This document shows positions 1-38,475 of a stretch of DNA of 64,000 nt, in pieces. The DNA is from the human T2T-CHM13v2.0 reference genome, Homo sapiens. The stretch's first letter is position 1; each line of letters starts with the position of its first letter. The notes below the pieces were generated by a model that saw only the letters and a list, made by a program, of their open reading frames with translations, did not search any database and was not told the DNA's origin. The position numbers and the translations under genes were made by a program. The stretch lies in assembly GCF_009914755.1 (NCBI RefSeq), contig NC_060935.1. One strand, given 5' to 3'.

Positions 1-128
1 TTGCAGGACTGTCAGGTGATTCCTGTGATGTCTTCACACCGTTGTTTCTGGCAGAAATTGCCTAAAAATATTCACTCCTTCGTCAATGAGCTGTGATCAT
101 GTAAGGTTTCTATAAAAATGATGATTAT

Positions 129-706
<578 letters not shown>

Positions 707-707
707 T

Positions 708-709
<2 letters not shown>

Positions 710-759
<50 letters not shown>
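710..759. repeat. (AC)25 microsatellite at the 3' end of an Alu
   Basis: Pure AC run directly after the Alu right arm. Confidence 0.97.
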
Positions 760-761
<2 letters not shown>

Positions 762-930
762 GGTCTGCTGAAATCTCAGTGAAGCTGCACAGACACGCAT
801 CTGTTACAGTGAATTTGCTTTTCCAAGTTCTTTGCTTTAAGAGGCAGGGTGGCGGTGGGTACTGAGAGCTGGCGTGGGGCTGGCTGTCTTGGTTTCACAT
901 TCACTGGAGTAACCCTAATAACAATAATAA

Positions 931-1244
<314 letters not shown>

Positions 1245-2528
1245 TAATAATGGCAATTATTATAGGTGGGAGGGGGTGGGGGGAAGACAGAGAGAGGGAG
1301 GGGGACAGGCTAAGGGTGGGGGTGGGCCAAGTCAGGAGAAGGCGTGGTTTGCATTTAGTTTTCCCAGCAACCAATTAGGTCACTCCATTATTCTTGCTTT
1401 TTCACAGCTGAAAAGACACAGGCTCAGAGAACTCCAAGGCCACACAGCTGGTGAAAATTCTAATTTAAAGCCATGTAGGCTCCATTTCTCCATCTATGTG
1501 TGTGTGTGTGGGGGGGGGCGGGGTGTGACACGGGGACTTAATTCCTTCTCTTTTAATGAGAAAATGCCACGTGGCGGAGGTGGGGAGGGTGGGAGGAGTC
1601 CCGGCGATTTCCGTGTCTAGGACTGAAGCCTCCCTACTTTTGGAGCTGCCTGGCTTTGTTTGGAAAAGTCACCAGGAGGGCCTTTCTGAGAACTCAGGGC
1701 AAATCCCCGCCCATTGTCTTTGAGGACGAGGGTGGGGTCACCCCAATCTCGCAGTTGCAGCGGACTGCGCTAGGAGTTCTTTTTAGTGATGTGAATTGGG
1801 TGTCTTTTTAGCAGACCTTCACCCTTGGGGAGTCAGGGAGAAATAGTATTCCTGGAGGGAGATTCCAACTGGACAGTGGTTCCTCCCTAGGAGGTTACTG
1901 GAGATTAAATAATGGAGACTAAGATTCAATAATGGAGACTAAGAAGATACCGTGGGCCCTTGTGACTGCCTCCTCTGAGCCATCACGTTTTCATTCACTC
2001 CCTCACTCATTCCCTTGTGTCAGGAGCTCTGCTAGGCTTTGGGAAGGCACTGGTGAGTTACCCCCAGCTGAATCTTGGAGGAATTAAAAGGGCAGCACAT
2101 TAGCCCAGAATAGAGCAGCTAGTAAGGATTGGAACTGACTGTTGAACCTGTGAAGCCACCTGGGGTCTTGATGTCATGGTAGTGCCCTCATGGAGGAAAA
2201 ACATTTTCAGAAGAATAAAGGGCTCTGAATCATATTAATATTTGGATATTTTAAAATCAGAAAGATCAAGTGGGAGATAAGAGAAATTTACAGTTACAGA
2301 CTGGAACCAGGGAATGCAGCCTAGAGAGGTGGTTGGCTGGTTATCTTTTGAATCTAAATTAAGTTCTCTTTTAAATTTGAATTTAAATGCCTTTAGGTGG
2401 GGGTTGAAAACTTCCTTGGTTCTCACCACTGTCTGTTGATTCACATACAGTATTTATTGGCCATCTGCCTAAAAAAAAATGGTGAATAAGTTGACATTCA
2501 TTTCCATTCATTCCACATAGGTGTATGT

Positions 2529-2559
<31 letters not shown>

Positions 2560-2584
2560 TATAGTTGGTTGGTTGTTTTGTTTT

Positions 2585-3648
<1,064 letters not shown>

Positions 3649-3654
3649 CCCTAT

Positions 3655-4370
3655 ATGTATATTGAGAACTGCTATGTGCTGGCACTTTTCTAGGTCTTGG
3701 GAATACAGCAATGAAGAAAACAGACAACAATGGAACTTAAAATCCATTGTGGTTGGGGAGAGATCAATAGAGAAGATACATGCTAGATGGTGATAAGTGC
3801 TAAGGAGGAAAAGTGGGAAAGGGGTTAAAGAGTATTGGAGGAGGAGCAGTTAGAAGGGTTGGCCATTGTAGGCTTCACTGGGAAGATTAATATTTAGTAA
3901 ATACCTGAATTAGGTGCGAGAGCTGGCCATGTGGCTGTCTGAGGCAAAAGCATTCTAAGCATAGAAAACAACAAATGTGGCGGCTAGGCGCGGTGGCTCA
4001 CACCTGCAGCCCAGAACTTTGGGAGGTCGAGGTGGGTGGATCACCTGAGGTCAGGAGTTTGAGACCAGCCTGGCCAACATGGCGAAACCCCGTCTCTACC
4101 AAAAATACAAAAATTAGCCAGGCATGGTGGTGTATGCCTGTAATCCCAGCTACTGGGAGGCTGAGGCAGAATTGCTTGAACCTGGGAAGCAGAGGTTGCA
4201 GTGAGCCGAGATGGCACCACTGCACTCTATCCTGGGTGACAAAGTGAGATTGTGCCTTAAAAAAAGAGAGAGAGAGAAGGGAGGGAAAAGAAAACAACAA
4301 ATGCAAAGGCCTTAAAGTGAGACCAGGTGTGTTAGAGGAACCCCATGGACATGCCACATACTATTCTAAG
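3655..4370 (-). mobile_element. L2 fragment interrupted by a + strand Alu (3981-4262)
   Basis: L2 3'-end-like tattgagaactgctatgtgc...; Alu TSD agaaaacaacaaatg on both sides. Confidence 0.7.
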
Positions 4371-4617
4371 TTTTCTCACTCCTAGGAGGGAGATACTATT
4401 ATTGTTCCCATTTACAGATGGGCAAATTGTGACCAGAGATGATAAGAAACTTGCTCCAGGTTGCATAAGAGGCAGAGGTAGCTGCTGAGGAAGGCAGAGT
4501 TTGTGCTCTTAAACACTAAGCTATTAAATCATTAAATAAATGATTTCATTAGCCTGGGTAGACCCAGGTACCAAAGATTTATACCTCCAGCTCCCAGTGA
4601 ACTTTCCAAGCCCTTAA

Positions 4618-4686
4618 GGAAAACCCCGGGTGTGGTTGTAGGGGAGGGAGTGACTCAGGCCTTGGCTGGCTTCCTGCTGAGTCACT
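4618..4686. promoter_or_regulatory. Candidate distal enhancer core (NF-kB, RUNX, AP-1, ETS and NF-E2/ARE motifs)
   Basis: GGAAAACCCC 4618-4627, TGTGGTT 4631-4637, TGACTCA 4651-4657, CTTCCTG ~4670-4676 and TGCTGAGTCAC 4675-4685, in non-Alu sequence. Confidence 0.5.
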
Positions 4687-5149
4687 ACTCCTGGGCCCAG
4701 GAGGGAGGCTCAATCCTCATCTCTTCGCAGTGGCAGGTTCCTGCCTTTTTGGGGGAAATGTCTGGCGCCAGGTCTTAACCGCACACCATCGGTGGATGAA
4801 TTTGTCTGACTTTCCTAACAGCTTCGTTGTGAAATTGTGGGTGCGCTCCATTTCCTAATGTGACCCTTCAGCCAGCAAGAGGGAACTTTCTGCCCAGCCT
4901 AGCACTTCATTCTCCAAGGTGTCCTCGATGGACAGGTTCTGCCCCTTGACAGGCTGGCTGGCTTCCATCTCAGGTCAAACAGCTGTGTGCTTGGCACGCT
5001 CAAGACAAAGTTGAGCAAGATGCCAAGGGAGCCACACGCATTATCCTGGGCCTGGTGATGCTCACTCCAGACACATTCACAGATACAGCAAAGAAGAAAT
5101 GGGTAAGGACTGTGATGTGGATGCCAAGTGCCATGCACCAAGTTGGTTA

Positions 5150-5660
<511 letters not shown>

Positions 5661-6037
5661 TTAACATATAGTGAGTATTTAAAGTGTGCCAGGCAGTATT
5701 CTAAGCACGTAACATGTTTTATTTCATTTTTGTAAACCTCACAATAACTTGGAGGAACTTCCTATTTTATAGATAAGAAAACGGAGGCACAGAGACATCA
5801 CAGCTAGGAAAGGGCACAGAGGACAGCAGGGACAAAATCCTGGAGTCAGGAAAGTCTGGGCTGGATTTAGGGAGCTGCAAGGAGCTGCTGTAAGTGGGTG
5901 GAGGAGGAGTTACAGTGAGAGATAAGGCTGGAGAGGACAGTAGGGCCAGAGTCAGAATTTGGACTGGAGTTCATGGCTGGTAGGGAGCCACTGAGGACTT
6001 TTGAACATGTCTTTCCTTGGTGCTTCTGAGTTGCATC

Positions 6038-6343
<306 letters not shown>

Positions 6344-6728
6344 CAGAGCTGCATCTTTGTTCATTTGGTTTAGCGCCACCTTGGAGAACAAAGAGTGAGG
6401 ATTGAACAAAAACAGTAGAAAAAACTCAGGCTCTTTGTGTGATGAGGAGCCTGTCACTTGCTCACCCAGAATTTTCTGTATTTGTTGTGCTCCTGCTCTG
6501 GAATATCCTCTAGATAAGAAATGTATGTTCCCGGAAATGTTCCAACAGGTGTTTTCCACAGCTGGACCATCCTCTCCTTTCGAGCCATGCCCACCTACCC
6601 TGATTCAACTCACTTTTCCTGACTTTCACTCCTTGTTCCCCAACTCTAATGTGCACATTAGTTGTTTCTGGCTAGCTAGCATTTCCACTTCTGTAAAACT
6701 TCTCCTCATCCTTGTTACAAGATCTGGT

Positions 6729-8615
<1,887 letters not shown>

Positions 8616-8622
8616 TCCCTAG

Positions 8623-9996
<1,374 letters not shown>

Positions 9997-10309
9997 TTGA
10001 GCACCTACTTTGTGCCTGACTCTAAAATGTCCCTGCCTTCTCAACGTAGGTTGGGAAATGTGAAATACCTTATATGAAGGGTAGAAAAGAAAGAAACTGG
10101 TGAGTTTCTCTCTTCCCTTGGGCTTCTCAAAGAGAAAATGGCCTCAAAACAATTGAAAACTAGATTTGCAATGAGAGAGCCTTACTGTTGATTAAGACTC
10201 GGGATGTTAAAATGAGGTGTCACATTGGGATTTAGGATCTCCTTTCTAAATGGAAATCTTTAGGAATGAAGACCTAAACCATTGACTCCTTTTAAAATTA
10301 ATTAATTAA

Positions 10310-10468
<159 letters not shown>

Positions 10469-10900
10469 TGACTCATTTTTAATGGAAAGCTTCATGAGTA
10501 ATGCATAAAGAAAGGGCTTCTGGGTGAACAGACTTAGGTTCAAATCCTGATTCCTTTCTTGAAATATGTGATTTTTGACAAATTCCTAAACCTCTCTGGG
10601 TCTGTTTCCTTTGGGTTGTGATGAGCATTGTATGAAGATGATAAGACCACCTAACATTTATCTTCTGGTTCTGAGCTAAGTTCTATATGTGTATCAACTC
10701 ATTAATCCTCATTTAATCACAACAAATGGGGAAACCGAGGCATAGAAAGATTAAAATACCTTGCTGAGCAGTTGCAGAGCCTGACTTTGAATGTTGGTCT
10801 CTGGAGTCTTTGCTTGTAGCCAGATCATTTACTGACACTCCCACTGATAAAGCGGGGGGATGCCTCACTCATGTGATACTGTTCATCTATCTCTACTGAG

Positions 10901-11165
10901 AGATGATGGTGAAGTGGTAAAATGCACGGATTTTGGAGCTGGACTGCCATGGTTCCAATTCTAGGCTTATCTTCCGTAATGTGTAACCTGAGTTATTTTG
11001 AGCAAGTTATGTAACTTCTCTACTCCTGTCTTGACTTTCCCTTGTGTAAAGTGGAGCTGATAATAAACTTCTTAGGGTTTTGGGGAGGATTGAGTGAGTC
11101 AATATGATAAACTTAGAATCGTATCTGGTCCATAGTAAGTGCTCAATAAATGCTGCCTACTGTTA
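10901..11165 (+). mobile_element. MIR
   Basis: MIR core (gagcaagttatgtaacttctc...gtaaagtggag) and end tagtaagtgctcaataaatg. Confidence 0.75.
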
Positions 11166-11290
11166 ACTTTCGAGTCTCGTCACTTCCTTAGGGAGGCCTC
11201 TCCTCCTAATCTTAATTATGTTTTCCTTCCCTGTTATTCACTCTCGTAGCACTTAGGACAATTTGCAATCATATATAAGAGTAAACATCG

Positions 11291-11728
<438 letters not shown>

Positions 11729-11756
11729 TTAAAATCACTGACATGTCTACATTATT

Positions 11757-12241
11757 GGCAATTTCACCAAATCTAAGGCACCATCAATTGTAACCTACAC
11801 CCTTACTGATGCGTTTCTAAGAAATAGGAAAACCGTGACACAAAGCTTTCCCATCACTTAAAAATTTCATTTTATGCATATTAAAAGAGCTCTTTTAAGT
11901 CTTATTTAGACATAGATTTTTATCGACTATCAAGCTGCTTGTTTCCTTACCCTTTTTAGTATATAATAATTTTTCATTTCAGTGCTGAATCAGTGTGGAA
12001 TGTTTTTGAAGACATTGTAAGTAGTGATTAAACTCAATACCTATAGTGCTAACAGTGCACACAGCTTAAGGGAAAGGTTGGCAAGAGGAAGAGTTGTGAC
12101 CAGCCCTGTGCACGTGTGGGCAGTGACTATGACCTGGCTGTCAGCAATTCATCAACAATTTGAGATGCCATCACTTGCACATCAATTTACACATCGGTGT
12201 AAAAATGTGAAAAAAAAGGTGTTGCAAATTGATGAAATATA
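11757..12241. mobile_element. Tc2-group DNA transposon remnant (Kanga/MER104-like)
   Basis: Degenerate terminal motifs atttcaccaaatctaaggcaccatcaattgtaa and aaaatgtgaaaaaaa...attgatgaaatat resemble MER104/Kanga ends. Confidence 0.55.
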
Positions 12242-12320
12242 ATATTAAAATGTGAATGTCCCCCCTAACAGTTGTATGGTTCCCTATATGGTTTTCCCAA
12301 AGCCACCATGGTTTAAATAA

Positions 12321-13071
<751 letters not shown>

Positions 13072-13712
13072 AAGCTTTATAGAGAATTAAAGGACTGTGA
13101 TGGGCATTCTGTATAAATTAATTCATTTTGCCCTCACAATAACACTTCAAGTGGGCATTGTCCTCACTTTACAGATAAAGAAACTGAAACTCAAAGAGGT
13201 GAAAGACTTGCCCAAGGTCATATAGCTTTACAGTCATGGAGCTAGAGTTAAAGTCTTATCTGCCTATGTTCTTCTCATTACACCCATTTGCCTCTTTGAA
13301 TTATACAAGAAAGATGGAGGGAGAGAGAAACTACATATCTATAGTCCTTTTCCTATGAGGCTGATCCACATATAGGGTTTCCTTTGGTTTTCTCCAAGGT
13401 CATGGATTTTACCCATAATCAGTCGTCTCTTACCAGTGGATAGGGGAGGACCAAACTACAGCATTTGGTACCCACAAATAGCCTGGGTTTCACTTGAGTG
13501 GGTCTGGCTAGGATGTGTCCTTTTTCTGGGTACATGACATTTGGGAACAGTCATTTGAACAATGGACTTATATCTATAGATATACATGTAGATATAGATG
13601 TAGATGAGATATAGATAAAAAATACTTAGAAGTAAAAACAACCAAACACAATGTGTAGACGATGATTGGATCCTAGTTTGAAAAAAAAATACAGCAGTAA
13701 AAAAATATTTTG

Positions 13713-15882
<2,170 letters not shown>

Positions 15883-16374
15883 ACCTTGCTAGTTTTGGTT
15901 AACTCTATCCCTAGCACCTATCAAAGTGCCTAGTATGAAGTCGAGTGCTTTATTTTTATTTTTTCTGCTAAATTAAATTCTCACTGATGTAGTTGGCTCT
16001 CATCCATCATTGCTGGCCTTTTAGTTCTCCCTGGTTCTGGCTGCATCTCTGTTTCTTCAGCTTCTGTTGTCCACAGCCCTAGCCTGCCTTGTCTTAATCT
16101 ATCTCTGGTCACAGGCCCAGTTAGGCAGGAAGTAAAAGGCTGCTGGTGGTCCAGGTGCCCCCATAGTCTCAGCAGTAGCCTGTAGCTATCTCCTACCATC
16201 CTGGTGACTTGCTGCTATCACACTGTTGACTCCTTGGGAGTTGCTGAATCAGGTGGCGCCATACACAACTGGTGCTCAGAAATCATTCCTTGATTGATCA
16301 CCTGTACCCATCCTCCTCTTGGTCCCACTTCTCCTCTCGCTCTCTCTCTCTTTTAATTTGAGAAAGAGTCTTAA

Positions 16375-18902
<2,528 letters not shown>

Positions 18903-19766
18903 TAGCTTTTAATACATACTGCCAAACGGCCTCAAGAGAGACTGGATTGGTTTCCATTTCCACCTGCAATGTGTGAGCCTCCTGTGCTCCCTCCCACCAC
19001 TGTCCTTAAGAGCCAGCTCCAGACAGCCTCTGGAGGGAGGTGTCCAGCAGTGTGTCCACATCTATTTCCTGCTCACTCCCTCTCCCCCTCCTTCTGGGTT
19101 CTCTCATTGGCTACATACCTTGTCTTTCAGTGTCAGCCCCGGCCTTTCAGTGTGGCAGCCTTTGGCGCTGCCCATCTCTGGCTCCTTGACTCCAGCTTCC
19201 CGCCTGCTCTGAGCAGGCCTTTGGTTTTGAGGTTCCCTGCAAATCTTCCTGCCATTTACCATGGCACCACGCAGTGCTTCCCACAGGATCAACCACCGAC
19301 TCAATGGTCCCCAAGTGGAGGCCTTAGACAACCAGAGGGCAAGAAGCAGGCTGGAGTCTGGGGCTTCATGGCTGAAGGCAGGTTTTTATCTTTCCTCTGC
19401 TTTCCTGTCCAATTTCATCAATACTCTCAGGAACCAATCAGGGAATCTTCCTTGATCTGCATAGGAGGAATAGCCACGGCTGAAATTTAATCTTAACCCT
19501 TGGCCCAGGTCCTTCTAGGCCTACAGGAATATCCCTTGCATCTAAGGATTAATGTGGAGTGAGCAGGAATGCATTTGGATGGTGGGAACAGGGGGATCAG
19601 TGGTCCTATGGAAAGAGCATTCTGTTCTGAGAGTCTGGACACTGGGTTGGAGCCCTGATTCTGCATGCCCTGTGTGACCATAGTAGATAAACTTTGGGGC
19701 ATCTGCTCAGCTCAATGCTACCTCCAACTGTGCATCTGCTTTCCAGTGGGGTGCTCTTTGGTAGCC

Positions 19767-21360
<1,594 letters not shown>

Positions 21361-21407
21361 TAAATATTAATCTTTCTGAGCCTCCACTTCTGTGTCTGTT
21401 AAGATGT

Positions 21408-22299
<892 letters not shown>

Positions 22300-22529
22300 G
22301 GTGGGAATAGAAACAATGCCCATTTCTCAGGGTTGGTGAAATGCCAAATGTATTAATATCTGTAGGGCTGCGAGCTGATGCTCATCCTGATTCATCAGAA
22401 CCTGTGCCCGACTGGCTAAAATAGTTTGAGTATTACTCCTGATCATATGTGAAAGAACTTTGTAAACTTTAACATGGTATAAAATTGTGTGTGTTTGTGT
22501 GTGTGCATACATGTTTATACCTACATAGA

Positions 22530-23838
<1,309 letters not shown>

Positions 23839-23929
23839 TATTCCACATCCCATCCCTGTCCTCATTCTGACTTTTCCTGTAAATTTTCCTGTGGCCTTAC
23901 CCAAGTTGTTATCCTTCTCTGGGCCTTTA

Positions 23930-26827
<2,898 letters not shown>

Positions 26828-27259
26828 TCATTTATGATGTGCATTCAGTGAGGTCAGGGGTGTCTGTAACATGCTGCCCTTTCCAAGAAGCTGGAAGTTA
26901 AAGGACCATGTAGGAGACTGCCCAGGGCAGAGGAATTCTTCAGAACGCCCTCCTTAGGCTAGGGATGTCTGTCCTGAAAAGTAGATCATGTACCGGTTAA
27001 CACAAGCTTGGGCTTGGCCTCCTGTGTGTCGTTGAGCAAGTTTCTTAAACTGCGCATGGTTTCCGTAGCCATAAAATGGAGATCATGCTAGTGCCTGTGG
27101 TACAGAGTGGTGGTAAGGATTAAATGAGATAAAGTGTATGTGATAGCTTGCCCAGACCCGCGTACATAGTTAGCTGCCCGTAATGGTTTTTGCCCTCTCC
27201 TTATCTTGGGTTATGGTTTCCAAGCAAGTAAAGGGAAACTCTCTACGCTCTTCTGCTTA

Positions 27260-27760
<501 letters not shown>

Positions 27761-28014
27761 AGTTAAAATTAAAATAAATAAAAAGGAACAAAAAACAATT
27801 CAGAAAAAATTGAGGCTATTTTCTCAAGGTGGGGTTGGAGGAAGCTAACTGCATGTGAATTACCTGTGTGCCTCTTACTACAGATTCCTGAGCTCTCCCT
27901 CCAGACTCTAACTGAGTCCCCTGAGGGTGGCCCAGGCATAAGCATGTTTCACCAATCAAGGCCGAGCTCCAAGCTCGTAGGCAGCATGCTGCCCTGCCAC
28001 CCAACAGACTAGGC

Positions 28015-31293
<3,279 letters not shown>

Positions 31294-31732
31294 TCACTTC
31301 TAGGCTTTGTATAGAAGTTGTTCTCAAGCCCTGGACAAAAGCTCCTTGCCCTCTAGGCCTCGACTCTCCTTGTCACACACTCCCTGTGTTTTCAGATATC
31401 CTGAAACCCTGTGTCCTGGGTCTGTCCTGCCAGACATGCAGGTACTGGGCTCACTGGGGGTTTGACTCAGATCCTAACAGCTCAGGAGGTGGGCTGGGGC
31501 ACAGAGGCCAGTGGGTTTCTGACATGGGGACAGGGTGGGGACCCTTGACAGCAATAGCCCTGTTTCTGCTCTCCCAGACGTTACAGGGTTTTATTCCCCT
31601 GCATTGAAAATCTGGGGAAATTTATGGTTAAAATATGATTGTTGGGTTCTGACTGGGTTGCATTCTAGTCTCTTGCTTTTGGGGTTTGGCATGCAACTAT
31701 CTCTTTGGAAGTCAAACTTTGTTTCTTATCTC

Positions 31733-31733
<1 letters not shown>

Positions 31734-31784
<51 letters not shown>

Positions 31785-31797
31785 GGCACGCACACAC
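31734..31797. repeat. (CA)n microsatellite
   Basis: Long CA run with a CACG/CG-interrupted end. Confidence 0.97.
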
Positions 31798-32704
31798 TAG
31801 AAAAGAATTGGGAAAATGCTTAATGTTGCAAATGCTTGAAATGAGAAACAAGAACAGGACTGCCAAGGCACTCCCGAGCTCTGTGCATGGGCAGGTGACT
31901 AAGACAGTGTTTAGAGAGGAACTGAGGTCTGGTGGACAAACATGGAGTTCTAACCACAGCCCAGTTATTAGTCCACAGGAAACATCCTGTTACTATTATA
32001 AAGATGAAGTGCTACTTTTTTTTTTTTTAAAGAATTTTCTAAAAGTCTTCCTTTCCATTCTGATTCAGTTCAGTCTGTGAGGCAGAAAGGTCTCAGGGCA
32101 GCCATGCCTGCAACATTAGCTAATCAGACTCCCAAGAAACATTCCATTCCGCTTAGGAGGGCTTTGGAGAATGGTTTGCTCATGGTGGCTTTTAAAATAC
32201 ACTGAGGGTTGCCAGGCTGAATGGGATCCCTGCGGGGCTGGTGACCTGGTTCTAGGCTGGTGCTCAGCAGAGCTGCCTCCTGGTGGGTTAGTGGACTTGT
32301 TAAACATAGTTGCCTCTCCTATTCCCTGTTCTTGGGGGATGAAGAAGAAAGTCTTGTACTCTATCCCTTCCCATTCTAAAATTGGGGTAACGGAGGCCCA
32401 AGAGAGTAATAATATAAGAAATAAGAGCCAACACAGATCACTTTATGTTAACTTGTCTACAAATGTCAAGGGGAGGAACATCATGGCATAGTGGCAAGAA
32501 AGATATAGTTTTAGATCCTGGTTTTTGCCAGTCTGAAACTGTGTGACCTTGTGTAAGTAAGTAAGCCTGAGACTCAGTTTCCTTATTTGTAAAATACTGA
32601 TGATGATGCCTATTATACAGCATTGTTGTAAGGAGTAGAAATAATGGATGTAAAGTACCTGGATGAGTGCTGGCATCCAGTGGGTACCTGATAAGTGGTC
32701 TGTA

Positions 32705-36753
<4,049 letters not shown>

Positions 36754-38133
36754 CAAAGTTTCTTTATCCTCAGTGCTTGTCTGGGTGTGTCGTCTGGTGG
36801 GAACCACTTAGACCCTGTAAGTGAATGTGTATTCCCATCTTGTAGATGGTAACCTGAGGCCCAACGGGTGTCTGGAGGTAGTGTTGGACACCTCGTGGTC
36901 TGCATCTTGCTGCACACAGAATCCAGCCTAGACTCATTATCCTGGCCTTTGAAGTCTCCCCCAGTATGAATCCCCCAGCCTCCCATTCCTGTTTCTCCGA
37001 AGGCCAAGCTCGAAGCATCTGCTGCCTCGTTTCTGCCAAGTTGGCCCCACCTCCTGAGACACTTCTCCCCTCTACTGGCCTGGTGAAACTCAACACATCC
37101 TTCAAAGCCCAGCTCAGGTGTCACCTCTCTCCTGGTTGGAATTAACCTCTTCCTCCTTAGCACTCTCTGGTTTGGCCCTTTCTCTTGCGGCTTCTCCTGG
37201 GCAAGTGGCATAGCCTCCCTGATCCTAGTGTCTTCCTCTGTGCATGGGCACAGGAGTAATATCTGCTGTGATCTTTAACTCCTGTCAGTTCATTGACCTC
37301 TTTAACAACGTGATGAAAGCTTCCAGAAGAGCTAATGTATGTGGAGTCCCACGATGTGTCAGGCTAGGTGTTTAGGACTTTACTAACTACTGTCTCGTTT
37401 AATCGCGAATGCAGTGGACCTCTCTCTCCACACGTCCTAGTACGATCTTTATTTCACACGGGAGGAGAGGAGGGTGGGTGGGGTCGGCCAGAGAGGAGAA
37501 ATGCGTCTCCAGAGTTCACAGGGCTGGTACTACCAGCAGAGCCCCGTCCACCATATGCCACAGCTGGGGTTCTAATCCCTGGACTGGCTTGTACTGGGCT
37601 CTCTGCCTCCCTGGCCGGCGCTCGGGGGCTGGGGGACAGAACACAATGTACAGCGTGCCTTCTACAATTTCGGGGTTCACGCACCCCCAAGCCCACCCAG
37701 GGCCAGGTCAAACGCGCCTTCGCCGGGTTGCTGTCTACAATCAGGCTTGGCTGCGCTCTCAGTAGGGGTCTCGGTCAACCTCTGCCCACCCGAACCCGGC
37801 GCCGTGGACCTGGTGTGAGGCTGGGGAGCCCGTCCTGAGGGGTGCCGGCTCGAGGCGCTAGAGCCACGGAGCCTGGTCCCGGGCTCCAAGTCCCAGGAAT
37901 GTGGGAGGGCTGGGCGGAGGGGCGGGCGAGGCGGGAGCGCTTCCTCTGCCCGCGGGAGGGGATCCGCGGCCGGCTCGGAGGGGGCGGGGGCAGCGGCGGG
38001 CGGCGGCGAGGGGCTGCGGAGCTCCGCAGCCGCCGGGCCGGCCGGGGCGGGAGGAAGCGATGAATATTCAGAGGGGGAGGGGAAGGGAGGGGGCCGAGCG
38101 CTCGCCGCGGCTCCCTGCAGCAGCCCCAGCCGC

Positions 38134-38310
38134 ATGACGCGCGGAGGAGGCAGCGGGAGCAGCCGCGGGAGCCGGGACCGGGTAGCCGCGCGCTGGGGGT
38201 GGGCGCCGCTCGCTCCGCCCCGCGAAGCCCCTGCGCGCTCAGGGACGCGGCCCCCCCGCGGCAGCCGCGCTAGGCTCCGGCGTGTGGCCGCGGCCGCCGC
38301 CGCCGCTGCC
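38134..38310 (+). CDS. PTPRJ: Further in-frame extension from the first upstream ATG (59 extra aa, weak Kozak context)
   Basis: ATG at 38134 (agccgcATGa, C at -3) is in frame with 38311 and 38476; ORF track entry 38134..38628. Confidence 0.55.
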
Positions 38311-38475
38311 ATGTCTCCGGGGAAGCCCGGGGCGGGCGGAGCGGGGACGAGGCGGACCGGCTGGCGGAGGAGGAGGCGAAGGAGACGGCAGGAGGCGGCG
38401 ACGACGGTGCCCGGGCTCGGGCGCACGGCGGGGCCCGATTCGCGCGTCCGGGGCACGTTCCAGGGCGCGCGGGGC
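38311..38475 (+). CDS. PTPRJ: In-frame 55-aa N-terminal extension of PTPRJ from the second upstream ATG (MSPGKPGAGG...RRTGWRRRRRRRR...GARG)
   Basis: ATG at 38311 in context gccgctgccATG, in frame with 38476 with no intervening stop. Matches the known tandem-AUG leader of PTPRJ. Confidence 0.85.

Noticed and set aside
31535-32080. 181-aa ORF with a THTHTH tract
   Set aside because: It spans a (CA)n microsatellite, has a non-ATG start and shows no domain.
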